Virus record (IMG/VR): IMGVR_UViG_3300028591_005034
Location: 3,877-67,876 of that record
Reading direction: 5' to 3' (one strand)
Length of the DNA stretch: 64,000 bases
Origin: a virus
Taxonomy: Duplodnaviria; Caudoviricetes
Below the pieces are notes generated by a model that searched no databases, was not told the DNA's origin, and saw nothing but the letters and a program-made list of their open reading frames with translations. Shown in pieces: positions 29,553 through 38,818 of the stretch; within the stretch, counting starts at the first letter, position 1; every line of letters starts with the position of its first letter. Position numbers and translations under genes: made by a program.

Positions 29553-30540
29553 TGTTACTTGCAAAATCGTTTATTCCTGTGTAAACCTCATCTAATTGTT
29601 CTTCAGCAAGTTTTATCATTTGCTGTCTGTTAACAAGTACTTCGCCACCCTCAGTTATTGGTGAAGATAAAGCATCATTTATATAATAAAAAGAATCAAC
29701 GCCATCCCATGCAGCAATACAAAGTATCTTATCCATTAAAAGGTTTTGTGGTTTAAAACCTTTTACAATCTCTTTACGTGCTTTTGCATAGGCCATAAAG
29801 TCTTCTGGTGTTAATTTATCAAATGCTTCAACTTCTGGTTTATAGCGATTTTGATGATAGGCCATACTGTCTATTACATCATAAGGTATTCCATTAGTTA
29901 TTATAGTACCATCGGCATTGGCAAAAAATGCTTTACCTGTAAAATCACACTCCTTCATATCAAAATCAATTGATGGTTTATCAGTTTGATTAAACTGTAA
30001 GCCGTAATCATTTGTATATCTTTGATTATGATTATCACCTAACATCCCATTAGAGTCAACACCCAGATTATAATCTAATCTTAATTTGTATAATGGATTT
30101 GCGTATTTTTCAGCATATTTTTGTTTGAATTGTTCAGGTGTCTTCCAATGAAAAACATAACGTTGAACAACAATAACAGCGTGTTTTGATAATGGGTTAG
30201 CAATAGTAACGTTGGGGTCATTATAAATTTCTAAACATTTGTACCAAAATGTTTGATTATGCGTTTGACGATATTTATTGAGGAGTTCAGACATTTTATC
30301 ATAATCCCAACCATTTTTCGTTTCATAAATCTTTGCTGCTTTAACATAAGTAACGCTGGCAAATTTACCATTTGTAACATTGCCATTGTCATTTACACTA
30401 TTAAGCCAATCTAGAATTTCGTTACGAGTTACTTGAACCCTGTCTTTATGGTTTTCAACCAATCTACCATAAGGGTGCTCAAGTCGTTCTATTAAACTTA
30501 TAGCATTTGCATATGATTTATTTTTATAAAATAACTCCAT
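29533..30540 (-). CDS. Hypothetical protein
   Basis: ~335-aa ORF, ATAAATA at 30557-30563; N-terminus ISLIERLEH...LVEN echoes that of the paralogues. Confidence 0.65.
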   Translation of the reverse strand: MELFYKNKSYANAISLIERLEHPYGRLVENHKDRVQVTRNEILDWLNSVNDNGNVTNGKFASVTYVKAAKIYETKNGWDYDKMSELLNKYRQTHNQTFWYKCLEIYNDPNVTIANPLSKHAVIVVQRYVFHWKTPEQFKQKYAEKYANPLYKLRLDYNLGVDSNGMLGDNHNQRYTNDYGLQFNQTDKPSIDFDMKECDFTGKAFFANADGTIITNGIPYDVIDSMAYHQNRYKPEVEAFDKLTPEDFMAYAKARKEIVKGFKPQNLLMDKILCIAAWDGVDSFYYINDALSSPITEGGEVLVNRQQMIKLAEEQLDEVYTGINDFASNNGTGVK

Positions 30541-30588
30541 TATTTTCACTTTATAGATAAATATGGAGTTAAATAATAAAATATGTGT

Positions 30589-31143
30589 TTAATCCTCTAA
30601 TTTCACATAACTTAAATTCCTGTAATTAAAGTCATCAACCTCATTCAAAATGTTATCTTGTTTATTTAAAATATCATACCATTCGGAAAGTGGTGCATTA
30701 TTCTTAATTAAGTTGTTCACAAGGCCACAGAAACGGGTTGTAGAAGCGTTTATTTCATCAGATGATGTGTTTGTACATCCGTTACAATAAGCCTCTCCTA
30801 CGTTACTTATAAACATCCATGAAAAGAAACCTTCCAAGTCATTTTGATACGCAAACTCAGAAGCGTGACACCAAATGCCAACTACCTTTTTGGCGTGTAC
30901 TAAATCTACGTTTAAATAACTTAGAACATAGGATGACCAATCGGGGCTAAACAAACCATACGGAGAACCATGACCGCAGAATAAAATAAAATCCTTCTCT
31001 TCTGAAATAGCTTTACAAATATCTTCAAACGTATAATCTGAATCCCTGGTTAATTCTATTACACGCGCACCTTCAATACCTTCCCATAACTTTGGAAGTA
31101 AAGAAGTATCAACATCACCACAATTTGAATATATTACTGTCAT
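30589..31143 (-). CDS. Hypothetical protein, possible clan CD (caspase/gingipain-fold) peptidase
   Basis: ILFCGHGS and VVGIWCHA match His-Gly / Cys dyad spacing; host-type promoter upstream. Confidence 0.45.
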   Translation of the reverse strand: MTVIYSNCGDVDTSLLPKLWEGIEGARVIELTRDSDYTFEDICKAISEEKDFILFCGHGSPYGLFSPDWSSYVLSYLNVDLVHAKKVVGIWCHASEFAYQNDLEGFFSWMFISNVGEAYCNGCTNTSSDEINASTTRFCGLVNNLIKNNAPLSEWYDILNKQDNILNEVDDFNYRNLSYVKLED

Positions 31144-31161
31144 AACTTTCTATTTTTTCTG

Positions 31162-31193
31162 CAAAATTACATATTAATAATAAGATAAACAAA
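31162..31193 (-). promoter_or_regulatory. Bacteroidota-type promoter
   Basis: TTTG (31190-31193) - 20 nt - TAATTTTG (31162-31169) on the minus strand. Confidence 0.7.
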
Positions 31194-31212
31194 TTTTAAA
31201 TGTTAAAAAAAA

Positions 31213-31243
31213 TTAAAGGGACTGTAATAAACAATCCCTTTAA
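31213..31243 (-). terminator. Terminator after the capsid gene
   Basis: TTAAAGGGA...TCCCTTTAA hairpin with a T-run on the minus strand. Confidence 0.65.
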
Positions 31244-31271
31244 CATATAAGCGTAATCGCTTAAAATCAGA

Positions 31272-33236
31272 TTAGCGCAACTCGTTGATGTCCCAGTGAA
31301 CGAGACCGTCACAAACGATAGCACCGTAATAACGGTTGTTGACCAACTTCTTAGCGTAACGTGTACAAATACCCTTCACAGGAGCGAAGTTGAATGGGTT
31401 GTACATCGTTGGGGTAAGAGCCATAGGAATGTATGGTGCATAGATGTAACCCGTGTCAAGAAGTGAAGTTCCGTGGTGACCCATAATCAATGACCAGAAA
31501 GGTGCATATGGGTCAACGATTACCTGATAACGTCCCTGAAGTGAACCAATCTTCTCAATACCCATGTTGTACTGGTCGCTTTCAGCAGAAGCGTCAGTTA
31601 CGTGGAAGTATTCAAGGTCATTAAGAACTGCTGAAATCTCAGCACTTACAACGATGAAGTTTGCACCACCACGAAGGGTTGATTTCTGAATCTGTGCAGA
31701 AATCATATTGATTTTGGTCATAAGGGTCTGGTTCCAGTCCTTCTGAGTGTAGTTGGTTGAAGGAACTGCCATTCTCTGCCATCCGTTGTAGTCCCAACGT
31801 GCTTGCCAAGGAGCAGCCTTACGAAGGTCGCGAAGAATTTCACGGTCAATCTCAGCAGCAATCTGCTCTGAAAGAATAGCGGTTAACTCAGCCTCAGCGT
31901 CAATGTTGTGGAAGGCAGCAACGTCCTGTGCTAACTCAGGAGACCAAGTTGCACGAAGTTTTCTTTCCTCAACAGAAACGGTAACTGAAGTAAGCTGGAA
32001 TGATACTTCACCCATTTCGGTTTCTAACTCAAGGCTGTCATACTGTGCCCAAGCGATTGTGAACTGGGTAGTAGGGTCTAAGTCCTGAACCTTTTCAGGG
32101 TCAACACCAATATAACCAAGAACGGTCTTACCTGCTTTCTTTACAGGCTTGGTAAGGTCAAGTTCGATATACATTTTGCCCTGTGCGTCACAAGGTGAGT
32201 TGTAATCTACCATACCAGCACCATACTTCTGGGTAACAACACGGAAGTGGATTGAATCACCCTCATCAAATGAAGTGAAGTCATCACCACCATCGATTGC
32301 TACATTGTTGATAACCTTCAAAGATGCAAGGAATGCTTCGGTGTCCATTTCATTTCCGTCAGGACCTGTAAGGCGACCTGCATTGTATGAACTGAAACCG
32401 GTGATTTCAAGCATAAGTGAACTAACGGAACCATCATAAGGATTTTTGAATTTGTCGGGGTCACTGAGGTCAGCCTCTACGAAGTCACCATCAGGGCCAA
32501 GGGTTACGACCTTAGCTTTACCAACCTTAATGTGAACTTTACCCTTTGAATTGTCAAACAGGAAGTCCTCATAGAAAAGGTCATATAATGACTTCTTCAT
32601 ATAGGTTGTTACCTCAGGAAGACTTTCATCCTCACTCATCTGAACAGGTTCTACAACCTCATCGGGTAAGTGATAACGGTTGTACTTTGTCCAAGTGCGG
32701 TCACCGCTATTACGTTTAACGTTTCCATCAGCGTTTGGGTCATCAATATAATTGGTACTATCAGCACCATAACGACCATTTTTACCTGCATAAGCATCAC
32801 CAGTCTGATGACGATTTACACGGCTGTAGCCCATAAGACCAACATGTGAACCGGTATCACCGTCAGTAAGAGTATTCTCATCCTCATAGTACCACTTACG
32901 TTCTGAAGTGACTGGCTTAATGAAGAACAACTTACCAATAGGAAGGTTCATAGCCTGAACAGATACAATATCATTAGCAAGAAGTTTGCTGAAGATACGT
33001 CTGATTAATGGGAATACTACGGTTTCAAATGAACCGGAGTTATCAGCGGTGCTTGCTTCGCTGATAAGGTGCTTTGCCTGATTCTCATAAAGGGTAGCAA
33101 CAGTTTCTTTAATGTTACCCTGAAGACCATCAACAAGATGCAGTTTTTGCCAACGCTCTTGGATGTCTTGTCTGATTTTCTTTTGTGTATTCAGTTCGAT
33201 ATTACCGACTGCGCCACTAACTAAAAGTTCTCTCAT
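31272..33236 (-). CDS. Major capsid protein, T4 gp23-like
   Basis: FPLIRR...DIVSVQAMNLPIG, RKLRATWSPELAQD..AFHNIDAEAEL..ILSEQIAAEIDREI, YAPYIP...F.PVKGI.TRY; LISE-A propeptide site. Confidence 0.95.
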   Translation of the reverse strand: MRELLVSGAVGNIELNTQKKIRQDIQERWQKLHLVDGLQGNIKETVATLYENQAKHLISEASTADNSGSFETVVFPLIRRIFSKLLANDIVSVQAMNLPIGKLFFIKPVTSERKWYYEDENTLTDGDTGSHVGLMGYSRVNRHQTGDAYAGKNGRYGADSTNYIDDPNADGNVKRNSGDRTWTKYNRYHLPDEVVEPVQMSEDESLPEVTTYMKKSLYDLFYEDFLFDNSKGKVHIKVGKAKVVTLGPDGDFVEADLSDPDKFKNPYDGSVSSLMLEITGFSSYNAGRLTGPDGNEMDTEAFLASLKVINNVAIDGGDDFTSFDEGDSIHFRVVTQKYGAGMVDYNSPCDAQGKMYIELDLTKPVKKAGKTVLGYIGVDPEKVQDLDPTTQFTIAWAQYDSLELETEMGEVSFQLTSVTVSVEERKLRATWSPELAQDVAAFHNIDAEAELTAILSEQIAAEIDREILRDLRKAAPWQARWDYNGWQRMAVPSTNYTQKDWNQTLMTKINMISAQIQKSTLRGGANFIVVSAEISAVLNDLEYFHVTDASAESDQYNMGIEKIGSLQGRYQVIVDPYAPFWSLIMGHHGTSLLDTGYIYAPYIPMALTPTMYNPFNFAPVKGICTRYAKKLVNNRYYGAIVCDGLVHWDINELR

Positions 33237-33272
33237 AATATATTTTAAAAAACCTCTCTTATTTATGTTTTA

Positions 33273-34793
33273 TTATTTAATTTTGTTAAGACGATTCATA
33301 AACTCACGGGTTGCAGCCAAATCATCAGATTGATACATTGAAGTCTCAACGATATCTCTCTTTCTTGCTTCTGAAAGTTGTCCATTCATTACCTTGTCAA
33401 CATTGTTGTTGATTTGGTGGGCGTTTTTAAGTTCCCTTGAAATGGTTTCATACAATCTGTTGGTTTCAGAAATTGTCTTAACATTATTGAAGCGATTAAC
33501 AATATCAATTTTCTCATCCCTTGTTGTTGTGTTCTCGGTAATCAGTTTGATGATTTTACCAAGACTTGCATTAATTGTACAAGCTTCTTGTAGACGTTCC
33601 TTAATCTGCTCTGCAATATCTTTGAGTTCTTTGTTCTCTCTGAAAATTGCCTTTGCTTTTCTAAGGATGCTCTCATTGCTTTCACCACTTGAATAACGTG
33701 CGACACTTGTTGGTTTAACGTGTTCGCCACCCTCACTGCCGTTTCTTGGAATTTCGGGAACTTTATTTGTATTGTGGTGTGTTTTAGCGGTTGAGTTTTT
33801 ACCAACAAATCCTTCTGGGCCACTGTGTTCCTCAATCTTAACATTGCATTCTTCAACTTCACAATCTTTGCCGTTGCAACAATTATTATGAACTTCGCCT
33901 TCCTCAACTTCACCCTTTACCTTTTGGTTGAATGGGCTGTTGTCACCCTTTCCAGCCCAAGGTTGTTCAGTTCCTTTGGGAACACCATCATCCATTGAGT
34001 AAGTAGTTTTTGGATTTGCGGGTTCATTATTCGGTGGAGTTGTCATAGCGGTTTTGTTCTGACCATAATGTGCATCATAACCTACATGAGAATCATACTC
34101 ATTGATACGGCTATAAGATTCCTCAACATCATCGTCATCGTCATCACCAACTTCCACTTCATAGTCAAACTCTTTGTCTTCTGGTGCTTCATCACCTTCA
34201 AGTTGGATGATATACTCAGTGTCGTTGTTGTCATCCGTCAGAGTAATGTTACCGTCATCATTTTTCACAACACGGATACCATCTTCTGGCTTCATAACAC
34301 GTAAAACCTTTACAACGTCCTCACTTCCCATACTTGTCAGGTCATATTCACCGTCCATGTCTTTGTACTTTTCAATAGAATCCCATACGTCTTCACCGTC
34401 TTCTTCATCGGATGGTTCTTCTCCCATACCGTCAAAGAAATCATTTTCAGTACCTTCGCTGTCTGAAGTGTCATCATCTTCTACGTCCTCGGTTGAATTA
34501 TCCTCAACGGTGTCGTTATCAGATGTCGTGTCTTCATCATCAGTACCCTTTCCTTCGTCATCGCTGGTCATTGAAACAGTGTCAAGTTCATTTTCAGGAT
34601 TGACCTCTTCCTCATCGTACTCATCCTCATCGGCTTCAGAAATCATTAAACGAAGATTTTTGTTTACAGCTTCATCAACAATATCCTTTAATGCGTCCTT
34701 TGTTGATTCACGTAAACTTTTGTTCAACTCATCTTTATCTGAAATGAGATTTTTGATATAGTTACTTCTAATATTTTTTGCCATCTTTGACAT
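33273..34793 (-). CDS. Prohead core scaffold protein (gp22-like)
   Basis: Very acidic, helical C-terminus, lies between protease and capsid genes, several I/L-x-E sites. Confidence 0.7.
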   Translation of the reverse strand: MSKMAKNIRSNYIKNLISDKDELNKSLRESTKDALKDIVDEAVNKNLRLMISEADEDEYDEEEVNPENELDTVSMTSDDEGKGTDDEDTTSDNDTVEDNSTEDVEDDDTSDSEGTENDFFDGMGEEPSDEEDGEDVWDSIEKYKDMDGEYDLTSMGSEDVVKVLRVMKPEDGIRVVKNDDGNITLTDDNNDTEYIIQLEGDEAPEDKEFDYEVEVGDDDDDDVEESYSRINEYDSHVGYDAHYGQNKTAMTTPPNNEPANPKTTYSMDDGVPKGTEQPWAGKGDNSPFNQKVKGEVEEGEVHNNCCNGKDCEVEECNVKIEEHSGPEGFVGKNSTAKTHHNTNKVPEIPRNGSEGGEHVKPTSVARYSSGESNESILRKAKAIFRENKELKDIAEQIKERLQEACTINASLGKIIKLITENTTTRDEKIDIVNRFNNVKTISETNRLYETISRELKNAHQINNNVDKVMNGQLSEARKRDIVETSMYQSDDLAATREFMNRLNKIK

Positions 34794-34890
34794 AGTTTTT
34801 CAAGACATTATTTTAATTATAAATATTGGTATATTCTGAAAAAACACATAATTAATATGTTATTTTATTCTTTACACTCTTTTTTATTAC

Positions 34891-35610
34891 TTAATTTAAC
34901 AATATGTTATTGATTTTTGCTATTTTTTCATTTAATGATGGTCCTGTTTTTGTATTATCGTTCTCAATAAACGGTTTTAATTCATCAAATTTTGTTGCGA
35001 CCCAGGCATTAGGTGTAGAAGGTTCCAATACGTTATCAAAACATATTAACTCAAGGTCATCACCAACCATCAAAACACCAAGTTTTTCTTCAACGCTTCC
35101 AACTGCTCTTGATGAAACGCCTACACGAATGTCATCAAGAATCATATTTGCCACCAAATCACCGCTTGTTGAACAAACGCCATAACGCTTGTAACCTGGT
35201 GACAAATGAAGTTTCATTTCACCGACAAGTGTATGTCCTTCCCATCGAAGGTCAAGAATCCTGTGGGCCACATCATGGCCTGATAAACTGCTTGAACTTG
35301 GGTGGTCCAATGCTGAGACCGATGTATGCATCGCAATTTGATTTTCAAGATACTTTTGCACCTCACGTTTTAAAATATTTTCAGGATAAACCCTTCCGTT
35401 AGCGTTCTTAACACCGTATTTCTGAAAAACAGCAGAAACAATAAAATCATCAGGTATTACAAATTTATCATGATGTGCTATATCCTCTTTGATTTGCATA
35501 ATCGTGTCTTTCTGACCTATGATATGACCATCGTGTTCTATAAGCAAGCCATAACCCGTTTGACCCGCCTTTATCTCATTAAGTTGTCCCAAATCATATC
35601 TTTTATACAT
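34891..35610 (-). CDS. Prohead core protease, T4 gp21-like
   Basis: FQKYGVKNANGRVYP, LDHP, GVSSRAVGSV, FDNVLEPSTPNA. Confidence 0.92.
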   Translation of the reverse strand: MYKRYDLGQLNEIKAGQTGYGLLIEHDGHIIGQKDTIMQIKEDIAHHDKFVIPDDFIVSAVFQKYGVKNANGRVYPENILKREVQKYLENQIAMHTSVSALDHPSSSSLSGHDVAHRILDLRWEGHTLVGEMKLHLSPGYKRYGVCSTSGDLVANMILDDIRVGVSSRAVGSVEEKLGVLMVGDDLELICFDNVLEPSTPNAWVATKFDELKPFIENDNTKTGPSLNEKIAKINNILLN

Positions 35611-35654
35611 AATATAATATTCTTTTTCTTATATAAATAGGTTATAAACACGAA

Positions 35655-35680
35655 AAATGCGACTCAAATGAATCGCATTT
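35655..35680 (-). terminator. Hairpin terminator
   Basis: AAATGCGA...TCGCATTT. Confidence 0.55.
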
Positions 35681-35712
35681 AACTGATTTATAAACATATA
35701 TTTTATTCCGTT

Positions 35713-36660
35713 TTAATCTTCGTTTATAATATTTGAAATCTCAATCATTTCCGCGATATCAGCAATAATTGTTTTTTCATCATATGTTTTGCGGTTAATT
35801 TTTTCGACAACATTTTCAAGTTCCATTTTATCATTTCCTTCGTATTTTACAAGATTCTCTGTAAGTGATTTAATGGTTTTTTCTTTATAATCGTTGAAAA
35901 ATTTTTCTTTATTTTCTGTTGTCTCAATGAGTTTGATAAGATTTTTTTCATCGTCATTTAATTCCTTATCATATTTTTCACTTAGTTCCTTGACTGTTTC
36001 ATCATAATCCTTTTCGATGTTTTCATTAATGGTTTTGCCGTGTTTTGACACATATTCAACAATGTTGCTTTTAGCGTCAATGTATTCACCGATTTTATTA
36101 AACTTTGATTTAGTAAGAAGTATAAATTCAATTGATTCGTACAATTTCATTTTGTCATCATCGATATCAACAAATTCATCAAGTTTCCCTTTCTTAATGA
36201 TGTTAATTAGTTTTTTATTACTTTTGCAAACTTCTTTTTTTGAGAAATGCGGAAATGACGAAACTACTTCATTAACATATTCACGCGCATCATTTACACC
36301 TGTGGCGTTGGTTAAAGCGTTATAAATATCAAACTGTTGTTTTAACACCTTATCAGATTTGATTTCATTGATTAACGACTTATAAACCTTTGGATATTGT
36401 TTTGCGTCTTCGTATATCTTATTTGAATTTGATTCAATGATATTGTAAATTACACCAAAGTTTAGATTTTCACCGAACATCATTTCTATTTTTCCCGCAT
36501 CACTGTTAACATAATTTAGAAAAAGGTCGAAATTCTTGTTGGCCTCTTCCCAATCTGTTTTGAAACCATCAATATCGCCATCCTGTAATTTGTCTAAGGC
36601 CTGTGTTGCTAAAACTGTACCTTTATGTTGTAATTCATCATATTTTTCGTTAAATGCCAT
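35713..36660 (-). CDS. Hypothetical head-module protein
   Basis: 315-aa helical ORF between portal and protease; ATAAATA at 36693-36699. Confidence 0.65.
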   Translation of the reverse strand: MAFNEKYDELQHKGTVLATQALDKLQDGDIDGFKTDWEEANKNFDLFLNYVNSDAGKIEMMFGENLNFGVIYNIIESNSNKIYEDAKQYPKVYKSLINEIKSDKVLKQQFDIYNALTNATGVNDAREYVNEVVSSFPHFSKKEVCKSNKKLINIIKKGKLDEFVDIDDDKMKLYESIEFILLTKSKFNKIGEYIDAKSNIVEYVSKHGKTINENIEKDYDETVKELSEKYDKELNDDEKNLIKLIETTENKEKFFNDYKEKTIKSLTENLVKYEGNDKMELENVVEKINRKTYDEKTIIADIAEMIEISNIINED

Positions 36661-36712
36661 TTTTTCAAACCTTTAAATACTTTTATTTTTAAATAAATAT
36701 CTATTATGGTGT

Positions 36713-38773
36713 TCATTCTTTTTCTTCTTGGGTGTATTTTTCCAAATCTTTTGCCATTTTATCCAAATCTTCATTTATTAAGAAAGACTTGTTTAAAATA
36801 GAATCATCTTCAGCCTCAATGTTTATGGTTGTTTCTTCTAGGCGTTTTTCTTTCAAAAAGTCTGAATATTTTTTAGATTTAGTAAGCATACCTTTGTTAA
36901 GATTTTCCTGTTCGGAAAGGATGTTTTTAAGCATACGTTTCATTTGCGCTTCGCCAAGCGGTGGGGTTTCACCACCTTCTTCTTTACCACCGGGTGCGGG
37001 TTCTTCTACTGCGCCACCGAAATCTTCATTAGCGGTGTCATCTAAACCAACATCACCTTCTTCGCCCATACCACCTAAATCTTCCATACCAGTGTCTAAG
37101 CCGCCTCCTCCGAAGCCACCTCCTCCGAAGCCTCCGCCACCGGCACCTTCTTCACCTTGGTTCATTTCGCCCTCAGTGTATTCTGCACCTCGTTCACCGT
37201 AGATGTTATCAACGGGGTCGAATAAACCGGTGCGTTTAATAATTTGACTTGTTTTTTCGAGTTCTGCTGCAAGTGCGCGTTCAAGACGCAATTCTTCAAG
37301 GTTATCTTCAATCTCCTTGTCAGACCAACCCATAATTTGTTTCCATGCCCTTGTTGCCGACATCAAAGGAATTCCGTTTCCGCTATCAGTAATGGCATCT
37401 TTTGCGGTTGTTACCTTCTTTGCCATATTTTCCAATTCAAGCATTTCTGCTTGTGATGATGGATTATTCATTGTCAATGTGAAGTTCATCAAATCATCTT
37501 TGAAACCTAACAAATAAAGGTGTATGATGCAGATTTTGTTAAGTTCCATTAACAATGCTTGTTGTATTCTATTCACAGTTCTTGTAAATCTGACATCCAT
37601 TAATGATAGGTTTTTTCCATCACCCTGTGATTCTTCAAAATTAAGAAAAGATTTAGGAACTCTCAATGCAGTCATCACTTTGTTTTGCACAAACTGGATA
37701 TCATCCATCGCAGTCATATTCTGTGCGCCCTGCAATGTGTCAATAGGTGTTGCAGCATTCTCATCACGCACTGGAATAAAGAAATCTTCAGATACATTCA
37801 GTAAATTTTTCCTCAAATCAAGTTGTCCCGTTTGCGGGTCAATCACGGGCGTTCTTTTAAAGTTGTTTGCGATTTCCTGAACATAAGCAGGAACGTCAGC
37901 CTCATCGATTGCACCGACATTGATTTTGAAAACTCGTCTTTCAATAGAACGTTCCAACCTATATATCAACATCATATCTTCCATCATTGACAACATTCTG
38001 AAATGTCTTCTTGCCTTATGCAAAAAACTTACTCCGTAAGGTAAAAACAGGTCATCATATAATAATCTAAAGTGTGCAATTTGCCAATTTGGGTAAAGAA
38101 CGTATGAACTTTGTTGCAACCATATAAATTTGGTTGTATCAAAAGTGGTTTCATCAGAATTACTAACCATACCAAATGTTCCAACATATGGGTTTTGCAT
38201 ACCGTTTTCATATCTCTCAACCTCATAAACTGGTAACTGTTTCCAACCTATAATACCGTTTTCTGAGGTGACATTTAGCAGCATGAAATTGTTTCCATAT
38301 TTACACATACTTCTACAAATCATTGGGAGTGTTGTATTGATAGTCAAACGATTTACAAGAAGGTCTTGAAGAATTGATTTGATACGTTCAGATTTTGATG
38401 AAACGTTAACCATAAAGCCTTCATTTTTGATATATGTTGCCTCTTCGGAAACAATATCAAGTGCTGCACCGATTTCAGGAAATGTGTCCATTAAATCCGC
38501 ATCACGGTACATCATTTTAATTTCATTAAGACCGGCAAGTGATTTATTGGTTAAATCGACCTGTGCTCTTCTCCATTGGTTTGCTAATAACTTCTGTTGT
38601 TTTAATTCCAGTGATTTTCGTTTGAATTCTTCACGGTCTTTTGTGCGGAACAGAACATCGCTATCTTTAACACCGTAAATATTTACGTTGTTTCTTAAAT
38701 TTGTCAGTCCCGAATTACCACCCAACACGTAACTCAGTTTTTGAAATATTGTAGGTTTTATCTTTTCACTCAT
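36713..38773 (-). CDS. Portal protein, T4 gp20-like
   Basis: PEIGAALDIVSEE, PYGVSFLHKARR..RMLSMMEDMMLIYRLERSIERRVFKINVG, EDFFIPVR, ALRVPKSFL. Confidence 0.93.
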   Translation of the reverse strand: MSEKIKPTIFQKLSYVLGGNSGLTNLRNNVNIYGVKDSDVLFRTKDREEFKRKSLELKQQKLLANQWRRAQVDLTNKSLAGLNEIKMMYRDADLMDTFPEIGAALDIVSEEATYIKNEGFMVNVSSKSERIKSILQDLLVNRLTINTTLPMICRSMCKYGNNFMLLNVTSENGIIGWKQLPVYEVERYENGMQNPYVGTFGMVSNSDETTFDTTKFIWLQQSSYVLYPNWQIAHFRLLYDDLFLPYGVSFLHKARRHFRMLSMMEDMMLIYRLERSIERRVFKINVGAIDEADVPAYVQEIANNFKRTPVIDPQTGQLDLRKNLLNVSEDFFIPVRDENAATPIDTLQGAQNMTAMDDIQFVQNKVMTALRVPKSFLNFEESQGDGKNLSLMDVRFTRTVNRIQQALLMELNKICIIHLYLLGFKDDLMNFTLTMNNPSSQAEMLELENMAKKVTTAKDAITDSGNGIPLMSATRAWKQIMGWSDKEIEDNLEELRLERALAAELEKTSQIIKRTGLFDPVDNIYGERGAEYTEGEMNQGEEGAGGGGFGGGGFGGGGLDTGMEDLGGMGEEGDVGLDDTANEDFGGAVEEPAPGGKEEGGETPPLGEAQMKRMLKNILSEQENLNKGMLTKSKKYSDFLKEKRLEETTINIEAEDDSILNKSFLINEDLDKMAKDLEKYTQEEKE

Positions 38774-38818
38774 TGTTATTAACTCTTTTTATAAATTTAT
38801 CTTTTTTGTGATGAAATT

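Noticed and set aside
34174-34761. 195-aa Ser-rich plus-strand ORF and similar antisense or alternate-frame ORFs (e.g. 36732-37202, 43308-43802, 13043-13444)
   Set aside because: They are shadows of acidic, low-complexity or stop-poor genes on the other strand or frame, with no motifs or promoters.
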